Assembly (NCBI RefSeq): GCF_046119375.1
Contig: NW_027362764.1
Span: forward strand, 49,910,001 to 49,974,000
DNA length: 64,000 bases
Reading direction: 5' to 3'
Source: Phyllobates terribilis
Taxonomy: Eukaryota
In this document: one piece after another, positions 31,244 through 42,384 of the stretch
Position numbering within the stretch: position 1 is the stretch's first letter
How the letters are laid out: every line of letters starts with the position of its first letter
Position numbers and translations under genes: made by a program
Notes under the pieces: model-generated
What the model was told of the DNA's origin: nothing
Seen by the model: only the letters and a program-made list of their open reading frames with translations
Database searches by the model: none

Positions 31244-34200
31244 ACTGCACCAGCAGAATAGTGAGTGCAGCTCCGGGGTATAATACAGGATGTAACTCAG
31301 GATCAGTACAGGATCAGTAATGTAATGTATGTACACAGTGACTGCACCAGCAGAATAGTGAGTGCAGCTCTGGAGTATAATACATGATGTAACACAGGAT
31401 AAGTAATGTAATATATGTACACAGTGACTGCACCAGCAGAATAGTGAGTGCAGCTCTGGAGTATAATACAGGATGTAGCTCTGGATCAGTACAGGATCAG
31501 TAATGTAATGTATGTATACAATGACTGCACCAGCAGAATAGTGAGTGCAGCTCTGGAGTATAATACAGGATGTAACTCAGGATCAGTACAGGATAAGTAA
31601 TGTAATCTATGTACACAATGACTGCACCAGCAGAATAGTGAGTGCAGCTCTGGGGTATAATACAGGATGTAACTCAGGATCAGTACAGGATAAGTAATGT
31701 AATGTATGTACACAGTGACTGCACCAGCAGAATAGTGAGTGCAGCTCTGGAGTATAATACAGGATGTAACTCAGGATCAGTAATGTAATGTATGTACACA
31801 GTGACTTCACCAGCAGAATAGTGAGTGCAGCTCTGGAGAAAATACAGGATGTAACTCAAGATAAGTAATGAGGGGATTTGCTGTGATATAATTGTTTAGA
31901 ATATAATGCTGCTGGGTGCATTATCTATTCTTGCAGTCCTTACTTTTGGGAACTGAAGACGAGTAATTTGATCTGACCCATTGATGAATCTCTCTGATAT
32001 ATGTATAAGGAAATAAATCATATTATAGATATTGAGTTTAGTATTAGATATATTATTAGATTATTATTGTATTTAAATAAAAACAAAAGTGGCCACATCC
32101 CATCACGTTTGGAAAGTTGCTATAAACACTTCATTACCAATATTCTCAGTGTGGTAATTTTAAAGGGCACAAAGTTTCCAAACAGTTTTAGGAATGCCTC
32201 TCATCTTGCCGATGTCATTGACCCTCCGGACTGTCCTCGAGATGTTTTTGAGCCTCATTATAATTCACTGTTTGGTAACAAAGTAATAAAAAATAGTTAC
32301 AACAGCATCAACCGCGGCACGCAGCGTTCACGGGGCTGCACTAAAAATTATATTTCCTAACAGGTGTTATACTCATTTTCAATTCAGGTTCACGGGACCC
32401 CCAGTCATTTTTTTCTGTCCCTCAGCAGGATTTCATTACCTGCCTGTGATCAAACCACGGAGACAGCGCTGCTCTCTATAAAATCAATTTATCCTTTATG
32501 TGCGTCTTCCAGCCAGACAGAAGCTTAATACCGAAGTCCTGAAAATTACAGCCTTCCACCCGTCTGCCTGGTAAAAAAAGACCCAGATTTCTTCTCTTTA
32601 TGAAACGGCAGGCGAGGAGCACTCTGAAATCACAATTTGATAAAATTACAGGATTGTCGGCTGCAGACAAGGTTGTGATTATCCTCTATGACTTGGGTGG
32701 CAGATCTGCTTTTTTATACACTGTAATGTTACAATTTTCTATTTTCTGGCTGCAGATAAAAAAATATTGAATATTGGGACGATGGGTCCACCACTTATGT
32801 TCTTCATATACCTTGCTGCTCTGGGATGGTAATTTTTTGGCATTTCACTATGGTTTAATAAGCACCACTCCCCTTTAAACATTTGTATATCCTTGTGTTA
32901 TATGTAAGTTCAGAGCAACTTCAGTTACAATAATATAGGAATTATTATGCCTAATACAGTGTAACACCCAAAGGCACTTAACGTTGATTTATTAAAATTA
33001 CTATAATGTCACCCCCTATTAATAAAAATGTATAATTCTACCCCCTTTGGATGGGAGTACAGGTACTACAATGCTACTTCCTATGTAATGGACTGTAACT
33101 ACTATATTACTGCCCCTATGTACAAGAATAAAACTACTATAATACTGCCTCCTATGTACAAGAATATAACTATTATAATACTGTCCGTGTTCAAGAATAT
33201 AACTACTATAATACTGCCCCTATGAACAAGAATATAACTACTATAATACTGCCCCCTATGTACAAGAATATAACTACTATAATACGGCTCCTATGTACCA
33301 GAATATAACTACTATAATACTGCCCCTATGTACAAGAATATAACTACTATAATACTGCCCCTATATACAAGAATATAACTACTATAATACTGCCCCCTAT
33401 GTACAAGAATATAACTACTATAATACTGCCTCCTATGTACAAGAATATAACTACTATAATACTGCCCCTATGTACAAGAATTTAACTACTATAATACTGC
33501 CCCTATGTACAAGAATATAACTACTATAATACTGTCCGTGTTCAAGAATATAACTACTATAATACTGCCCCTATGTACAAGAATATAACTACTATAATAC
33601 TGCTTCTATGTACAAGAATATAACTGCTATAATACTGCTCCTATGTACAAGAATATAACTACTATAATACTGCCCCTATGTACAAGAATTTAACTACTAT
33701 AATACTGCTTCTATGTACGAGAATATAACTACTATAATACTGCCCCCTATGTACAAGAATATAACTACTATAATACTGCCCCTATGTACAAGAATATAAC
33801 TACTATAATACTGCCTTTATGTACAAGAATACAACTACTATAATACTGCTCCTATGTACAGGAATATAACTACTATAATACTGCCCCCTATGTACAAGAA
33901 TATAACTACTATAATACTGCTCCTATGTACAAGAATATAACTGCTATAATACTACTCCTATGTACAAGAATATAACTGCTGTAATACTGTTCTTTTGTAC
34001 AAGAATATAACTGCTATAATACTGCTCTTTTGTACAAGAATATAACTGCTATAATACTGCTACTATGTACAAAAATATAACTACTATAATACTGCCCCCT
34101 ATGTACAGGAATATAACTACTATAATACTGCTCCTATGTACAAGAATATAACTACTATAATTCTGCCCCCTATGTGCAAGAGTATAATTACTATAATACT

Positions 34201-36264
34201 GCTCCCGATGTACAAGAATATAACTACTATAATACTGCTCCTATGTATAAGAATATAACTACTATAACACTGCCCCTTATGTACAACAATATAACTACTA
34301 TAATACTGCCTCTATGTACAAGAATATAACTACTATAATACTGCTCCCATGTACAAGAATATAACTACTATAATACTGTCCCTATGTACAAGAATATAAC
34401 TACTATAATACTGCTCCTGTGAAGAAGAATATAACTACTATAAAACTGCCCCTATGTACAAGAATATAACTACTATAATACTGCTCCCATGTACAAGAAT
34501 ATAATTACTATAATACTGCCCCTATGTACAAGAATATAACTACTATAATACTGCTCCTATGTACAAGAATATAACTATTATAATACTGCCCCTATGTACA
34601 AGAATATAGCTACTATAATACTGTCCATGTGTTCAAGAATATAACTACTATAATACTGCCCCTATGTACAAGAATATAAATACAATAATACTGCTCCTAT
34701 GTAGAAGAATATAACTACTATAATACTGCTCTTATGTAGAAGAATATAACTACTATAATACTGTCCCTATGTACAAGAATATAACTACTATAATACTGCT
34801 CCTCTGTACAAGAATATAACTACTATAATACTGCTCCTCTGTACAAGAATATAACTACTATAATACTGCCCCTATGTACAAGAATATAACTACTATAATA
34901 CTGCCACTATGTACAAGAATATAACTACTATAATACTGCCACTATGTACAAGAACATAACTACTATAATACTGCTCCCTATGTACAAGAATGTAACTACT
35001 ATAATACTGCCCCTATGTACAAGAATATAACTACTATAATACTGCCCCTATGTACAAGAATATAACTACTATAATACTGCCACTATGTACAAGAATATAA
35101 CTACTATAATACTACTCCCTATGTACAAGAATATAACTACTATAATACTGCCTCTATGTACAAGAATATAACTACTATAATACTGCTCCTATGTACAAGA
35201 ATATAACTACTATAATACTGCTCCTATGTACAAGAATATAACTAGTATAATACTGCTCCTATGTACAAGAATATAACTACTATAATACTGCTCCTATGTA
35301 GAAGAATATAACTATTATAATACTTCTCCTATGTAGAAGAATATAACTACTATAATACTGCCCCCTATTTACAGGAATATAACTACTATATTACTGCTCC
35401 TATGTACAAGAATATAACTACTATAATACTGCCCCTATGTATAAGAATATAACTACTATAGTACTGCTCCTATGTAGAAGAATATAACTACTATAATACT
35501 GCCCCTATGTATAAGAATATAACTACTATAATACTGCTCCTATGTACAAGAATATAGCTACTATAATACTGCCCCTATGTATAAGAATATAACTACTATA
35601 ATACTGCTCCTGTGTACAAGAATATAACTACTATAATACTGCCCCTATGTATAAGAATATAACTACTATAATACTGCTCCTATATGCAAGAATATAACTA
35701 TCATAATACTGCCCCTATGTATAAGAATATAACTACTATAATACTGCTCCTATGTACAAGAATATAACTACTATAATACTGCCCCTATGTATAAGAATAT
35801 AACTACTATAATACTGTCCCTATGTACAAGAATATAACTACTATAATACTGCTCCTATGTACAAGAATATAACTACTATAATACTGCCCCCTATTTACAG
35901 GAATATAGCTACTATATTACTGCTCCTATGTACAAGAATATAACTACTATAATACTGCCCCTATGTACAAGAATATAACTACTATAGTACTGCTCCTATG
36001 TAGAAGAATATAACTACTATAATACTGCCCCCTATTTACAGGAATATAACTACTATATTACTGCTCCTATGTACAAGAATATAACTACTATAATACTGCC
36101 CCTATGTATAAGAATATAACTACTATAGTACTGCTCCTATGTACAAGAATATAACTACTATAATACTGCTCCTCTGTACAAGAATATAACTGCTATAATA
36201 CTGCTCCTCTGTACAAGAATATAACTACTATAATACTGCCCCCTATGTACAAGAATATAGCTAC

Positions 36265-38097
36265 TGTAATGCACACGCCCGGACTGACTGGCGTGTGCGT
36301 GTTTATGTAGTGATTCCACTGTGCCATGAACCGGAGAGTTCCTGGAGGGGCGTAACTAAGTATCTGCCCGATCCGACCAAGGTCGCACGACGGCATACGA
36401 CGCCAGTGCACCAGGGAGGAACCGAGCAGAGGAACCAGGGTCTACTCCAGGTCAGACTCCGGACACGGCTGTTGACCCACACCGGGGAATACTGGAACAG
36501 GCAGACTAGAGCGCAGGCTGGGTAGGGTCCAGTACAGACTGGGAGACAAATTCGAAACCGCAGACGCGGCGGACAGAGCTGAGCAAAGCGAAAACCGCAG
36601 ACGCGGCGGACAGAGCTGAGCAAAGCGAAAACCGCAGACGCGGCGGACAGAGCTGAGCAAAGCGAAAACCGCAGACGCGGCGGACAGAGCTGAGCAAAGC
36701 GAAAACCGCAGACGCGGCGGACAGAGCTGAGCAAAGCGAAAACCGCAGACGCGGCGGACAGAGCTGAGCAAAGCGAAAACCGCAGACGCGGCGGACAGAG
36801 CTGAGCAAAGCGAAAACCGCAGACGCGGCGGACAGAGCTGAGCAAAGCGAAAACCGCAGACGCGGCGGACAGAGCTGAGCAAAGCGAAAACCGCAGACGC
36901 GGCGGACAGAGCTGAGCAAAGCGAAAACCGCAGACGCGGCGGACAGAGCTGAGCAAAGCGAAAACCGCAGACGCGGCGGACAGAGCTGAGCAAAGCGAAA
37001 ACCGCAGACACGGCGGACAGAGCTGAGCAAAGCGAAAACCGCAGACGCGGCGGACAGAGCTGAGGAAAGCGAGAACCGCAGACGCGGCGGACAGAGCTGA
37101 GCAAAGCGAAAACCGCAGACGCGGCGGACAGAGCTGAGCAAAGCGAAAACCGCAGACGCGGTGGGAACAGGGCTCTGTTCGCACGGAACAGACTAGAAGG
37201 GAAAGGCAGAACCAGATACCCACAGGGTACTTGCAGAGAAGTAGCGAGTGGACCACAAACTCACAAACGGAAGTACAGTGACAACGAGCAGTAGTTAGGT
37301 ACGAGTTCAGACTCTGCAGAAAAAGGAAAGGAACGGACATAGAGAAAAAACAGGTAAAAGATAGGAGAGAGTTCAGACTGGAACTGAGTGTACGGAGGAG
37401 ACCGACACTGCAGCGGGATACAGGAGCGGGTCTGGGAATACGGCCCCCAGAGAGGCGGGACGAACAGGCAAGGAGCGTGTTCAGACTGGCCTGGAAATAC
37501 AGCCTCCAGGATAGGCAGACAAGAGAACACAGACAGGACTCAGTTCAGACACGGGAACTGATACCGCAAGGCAGGAGACATAGACAGGACTCAGTTCAGA
37601 TACGGGAACTGATACCGCAAGGCAGGAGACAAAGACAGGACTCAGTACAGACACGGGAACTGATACCGCAAGGCAGGAGACATAGACAGGACTCAGCTCA
37701 GACAGGGGAACTGATACCGCAAGGCAGGAGACATAGACAGGACTCAGTTCAGACACGGGAACTGATACCGCAAGGCAGGAGACAAAGAACGGGACCTGGC
37801 ACCTTCAGAGTGCAAGCACACACTGAATGAAACACTATGCTCAGGCATGGGTTAATTGGGGCAGCTGGTTTAAATACCAGGTGACAGACAGCAATAGGCT
37901 GAGGACGCACAAGGGGTGTGCCTGCAGCAGGTACAAAAAGCAGGAAGTGATCGGGCGCCGCCCTTAAGCAGCAGACACAGAAGCAAACAGACAGCATGGA
38001 GGGAAGCCAGAGAGACACCCTGGACTGGAGATCAAGTGCGCGCTCTTGCACAGTGGGAAATGGACCACTATGCAAGGACGCCGCCAGGTATGTTACA
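36265..38097 (-). repeat. 3' LTR (1833 bp) containing a 37-bp tandem array (~36556-37160) and a 51-bp array (~37530-37785)
   Basis: Direct repeat of 40515-42384; unit AAAACCGCAGACGCGGCGGACAGAGCTGAGCAAAGCG. Confidence 0.95.
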
Positions 38098-40370
38098 GTA
38101 CCCCCCCCCCCCTTACGCCCCCTCTTCTTCAAGCCTGCCAGAATGTTCCGCAGGGAATTCGAGGGCCAATCCTTTACTTCAAGGAGATCACTTCCACTGT
38201 CCACTGGAGAAACTGGTCTCATCTGGGTAGCTAGGATGCTACCTCCTATCCAGCCATCCTCAGCAACAGACGAAACAGGTGGAGTACCAGGAACAGCACA
38301 CAGGGAAGTCTCTCTCCACTTATTATCAGGTAGCACCCCAGAGGGTTCAGGAGACAACTGGAAGTCCTCCGCCGGGTTGGAGGAGTGCAGAGACTCGGGG
38401 GTAACCTCTGCTTCGGGGTACATCTTGTCAAACTCACAGGATGAAATGGGCGAGGTATCAGGTACAAGGTGTAGAAAAGTCCCTGTTACCTTGTTATCTG
38501 GTGGTACCCAGGAGGATTCAGAAAACAACTGGGGGTCCTCCGCCGGGTCGGAATAGTGCAGAGACTCGGGGGTAACCTCTGCTTCGGAGTACACTAGGTC
38601 GGACTCGCTGGATGAAGCGGGCGAGGTATCAGGTACCGAATATAGAAGAGTACCTGTCCATTCGTTATCAGGTAGCACCCCGAAGGGTTCAGGAGACAAC
38701 TGGAGGTCTTCCGCCTGGTCGGAGGGGTGTAGAGACTCGGGGATAACCTCTGCTTCGAGGTACATCTTGTCAAATTCACAGGAAGAAATAGACGGGTTAT
38801 CAGGTACAGGGTGAGAAAAAGTCACTGTCTCTTTGTTATCTGGTGGTACCCCGGAGGAGTCAGGAAACAACTGGAGGTCCTCTGCCGGGTCAGAAGACTG
38901 CAGAGGCTCGGGGAAAACATCTGCTTCAGAGTACACTAGGTCGGACTCACTGGACGAAGCAGGCAAGGTATCGGGTACCGAGTATTGGAAAGTCTCTGTC
39001 CATTCACCACCAGGTGGCACCCCGAAGGGTTCTGGAGACAACTGGAGGTCCTCCGCCTGGTCAGAGGGGTGTAGAGACTCATGGGTAACCTCTGCTTCAG
39101 AGTACACTAGGTCGGACTCACTGGACGAAGCAAGCAAGGTATCAGATCCAGGATATAGGAAAGTCTCTGTCCATTCACCACCAGGTGGCACCCCGAAGGG
39201 TTCTAGAGACAACTGGAGGTCCTCCGCCTGGTCGGAGGGGTGTAGAGACTCGGGAGTAACCTCTGCTTCGGAGTACACTAGGTGGGAGTCACTGGACGAA
39301 GCGAGCAAGGTATCAGGTACAGAGTATAGGAGAGTCTCTGTCCTTTCGCTACCAGGTAGCACCCCGAAGGGCTCAGGAGACAACTGGAAGTCCTCCGCCA
39401 GGTCAGAGGGGTGAAGAGACTCATGGGTAACCTCTGCTTCAGAGTACACTAGGTTGGACTCACTGGATGAAGCAGCCGAGATATCAGGTACTGAGTATAG
39501 GAAAGCCTCTGTCCATTCGCTACCAGGTAGCACCCCGAAGGGTTCAGGAGACAACTGCAGATCCTCCGCCTGATCGGAGGGGTGTAGAGACTCAGGGGTA
39601 ACCTCTGCTTCGGAGAACACTAGGTTGGACTCACTGGACGAAGCGGGCGAGGTATCAGGTGCAGGGTATAGGGAAGTCTCTCTCCAATTGTCCTCAAGTG
39701 GTATCCCGGGGGATTCAAGAGGCTACAGGGGGTCCTCCAGTGTGAATTCTGGGTGGGCAGCAGTCTCTTCGGGCAGGAGAACTGGTGCACTACCCACGCA
39801 CATTACCCGTTGGGGCTTCTCCGGGATACAGGGAGATGAAGCTTCAGTAGGGACTTCAAGGTTGGGGTCAGGAGGTCTCAGGGAGGACAGACCCTGGCGT
39901 GACGGCTTGCCTCTACGTCTAGCACATCTGGACTGCCTCTTGAGGTTGGGAGAAGCATTCCGGAGAGTGTAGTCACCCTGTGAGGATTCTGGGTGGGCAG
40001 TAGTCTCATTGGGCTGGAGGACTATTGCGCTACCCACACACATTACCCATCGGGGCTGCTCCGGGATACTGGGAAGTGAAGCTTCAGCAGGAGCCTCCGG
40101 GTTAGGATCATCGAAGACCATTAGAAAGACCACCAGGAAGGCCATTATGTCCAGGACAATAGGATCCTGTGTTTCCCATAGGGGGTTGATCCATTCCAAG
40201 GCATCACCCGCTAGGTTAGACATAATGAATCCCACCTTAACTCGATCGGTGGGAAAACAAAGAGGGTAGAACTTGAAGTGTAGCATGCATTGCTCCACAA
40301 ATGCACGACTCTGTCTTGGATCCCCATAGTAACGTGGCGGATCCGCACGAACGAGAGCTGATAGATCCAT
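37749..40370 (-). pseudogene. Gag N-terminal domain fused in frame to ~8 acidic 57-aa repeats; one internal TAG at 39723-39725; reads into the 3' LTR
   Basis: PPRYYGDPRQSRAFVEQC..F..YP..FPTDRVKVGFIMSNLAGDALEWINPLWE...FDDP (RTL1/PEG10/LDOC1-like gag). ORFs 39723-40370 and 37749-39620 are in the same frame. Confidence 0.8.
38101..38114 (-). promoter_or_regulatory. Polypurine tract
   Basis: Minus strand AAGGGGGGGGGGGG-TAC then TGTAAC of the 3' LTR. Confidence 0.8.
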
Positions 40371-40502
40371 CTGGACGGGTGCATAATTCGCCTGGAACTC
40401 AGCCAGAGGAAAAAAAAAAAAAAAATTTATTTATTTTTAATGCACGTAGTCGCTGGAAAAAGTCTCAGAGAGCGAAGGCCGTGGGGCTCAACGGGAACCA
40501 TG

Positions 40503-40512
40503 GCCTGAGCAT
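40503..40512 (-). promoter_or_regulatory. Putative self-priming PBS (ATGCTCAGGC on minus)
   Basis: Lies 2 nt inside the 5' LTR edge; complementary to GCCTGAGCAT (42124-42133, minus), which sits ~30 nt downstream of TATTTAAA (42156-42163). Confidence 0.65.
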
Positions 40513-40514
40513 GC

Positions 40515-42384
40515 TGTAATGCACACGCCTGGACTGACTGGCGTGTGCGTGTTTATGTAGTGATTCCACTGTGCCATGAACCGGAGAGTGCCTGGAGGGG
40601 CGTAACTAAGTATCTGCCCGATCCGACCAAGGTCGCACGACGGCATACGACGCCAGTGCACCAGGGAGGAACCGAGCAGAGGAACCAGGGTCTACTCCAG
40701 GTCAGACTCCGGACACGGCTGTTGACCCACACCGGGGAATACTGGAACAGGCAGACTAGAGCGCAGGCTGGGTAGGGTCCAGTACAGACTGGGAGACAAA
40801 TTCGAAACCGCAGACGCGGTGGACAGGGCCGAGCAAAGCGAAAACCGCAGACGCGGCGGACAGAGCTGAGCAAAGCGAAAACCGCAGACGTGGCGGACAG
40901 AGCTGAGCAAAGCGAAAACCGCAGACGCGGCGGACAGAGCTGAGCAAAGCGAAAACCGCAGACGCGGCGGACAGAGCTGAGCAAAGCGAAAACCGCAGAC
41001 GCGGCGGACAGAGCTGAGCAAAGCGAAAACCGCAGACGCGGCGGACAGAGCTGAGCAAAGCGAAAACCGCAGACGCGGCGGACAGAGCTGAGCAAAGCGA
41101 AAACCGCAGACGCGGCGGACAGAGCTGAGCAAAGCGAAAACCGCAGACGCGGCGGACAGAGCTGAGCAAAGCGAAAACCGCAGACGCGGCGGACAGAGCT
41201 GAGCAAAGCGAAAACCGCAGACGCGGCGGACAGAGCTGAGCAAAGCGAAAACCGCAGACGCGGCGGACAGAGCTGAGCAAAGCGAAAACCGCAGACGCGG
41301 CGGACAGAGCTGAGCAAAGCGAAAACCGCAGACGCGGCGGACAGAGCTGAGCAAAGCGAGAACCGCAGACGCGGCGGACAGAGCTGAGCAAAGCGAAAAC
41401 CGCAGACGCGGCGGACAGAGCTGAGCAAAGCGAAAACCACAGACGCGGTGGGAACAGGGCTCTGTTCACACGGAACAGACTAGAAGGGAAAGGCAGAACC
41501 AGATACCCACAGGGTACTTGCAAAGAAGTAGCGAGTGGACCACAAACTCACAAACGGAAGTACAGTGACAATGAGCAGGAGTTAGGTACGAGTTCAGACT
41601 CTGCAGAAAAAGGAAAGGAACGGACATAGAGAAAAAACAGGTAAAAGATAGGAGAGAGTTCAGACTGGAACTGAGTGTACGGAGGAGACCGATACTGCAG
41701 CGGGATACAGGAGCGGGTCTGGGAATACGGCCCCCAGAGAGGCGGGACGAACAGGCAAGGAGCGTGTTCAGACTGACCTGGAAATACAGCCTCCAGGATA
41801 GGCAGACAAGAGAACACAGACAGGACTCAGTTCAGACACGGGAACTGATACCGCAAGGCAGGAGACATAGACAGGACTCAGTTCAGACACGGGAACTGAT
41901 ACTGCAAGGCAGGAGACAAAGACAGGACTCAGTTCAGACACGGGAACTGATACCGCAAGGCAGGAGACATAGACAGGACTCAGCTCAGACACGGGAACTG
42001 ATGCCGTAAGGCAGGAGACATAGACAGGACTCAGTTCAGACACGGGAACTGATACCGCAAGGCAGGAGACAAAGAACGGGACCTGGCACCTTCAGAGTGC
42101 AAGCACACACTGAATGAAACACTATGCTCAGGCATGGGTTAATTGGGGCAGCTGGTTTAAATACCAGGTGACAGACAGCAATAGGCTGAGGACGCACAAG
42201 GGGTGTGCCTGCAGCAGGTACAAAAAGCAGGAAGTGATCGGGCGCCGCCCTTAAGCAGCAGACACAGAAGCAAACAGACAGCATGGAGGGAAGCCAGAGA
42301 GACACCCTGGACTGGAGATCAAGTGCGTGCTCTTGCACAGTGGGAGATGGACCACTATGCAAGGACGCCGCCAGGTATGTTACA
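40515..42384 (-). repeat. 5' LTR (1870 bp)
   Basis: 37 bp (one repeat unit) longer than the 3' LTR; otherwise few substitutions. Confidence 0.95.

Larger units (their letters stand above)
28245..31870. repeat. Tandem satellite, ~97-bp unit (85-99-bp variants), interrupted by an LTR element
   Basis: CACAGTGACTGCACCAGCAGAATAGTGAGTGCAGCTCTGGAGTATAATACAGGATGTAACTCAGGATCAGTACAGGATCAGTAATGTAATGTATGTA repeated on both sides of 28891-31243. Confidence 0.95.
36265..42384 (-). mobile_element. Non-autonomous sushi/Tf1-like (chromovirus-group) LTR retroelement, 6.1 kb, no pol
   Basis: LTRs TGTAA...TTACA at 36265-38097 and 40515-42384; 5-bp TSD GCTAC (36260-36264, 42385-42389); minus-strand PPT; sushi-type gag; no PR/RT/RH/IN motifs in the 2.4-kb interior. 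Confidence 0.93.

Noticed and set aside
31905-32700. Signal-peptide-like MLLGALSILAVLTFGN, ORF 32001-32360 and a faint 18S-like impression near 32360-32440
   Set aside because: Immediate stop after the hydrophobic stretch, no consistent exon chain, and no sustained identity to rRNA.
36303-37340. Long ORFs with 37-aa periodicity (also 40553-41523)
   Set aside because: Translation artefacts of the stop-free 37-bp LTR array; open in all three frames.
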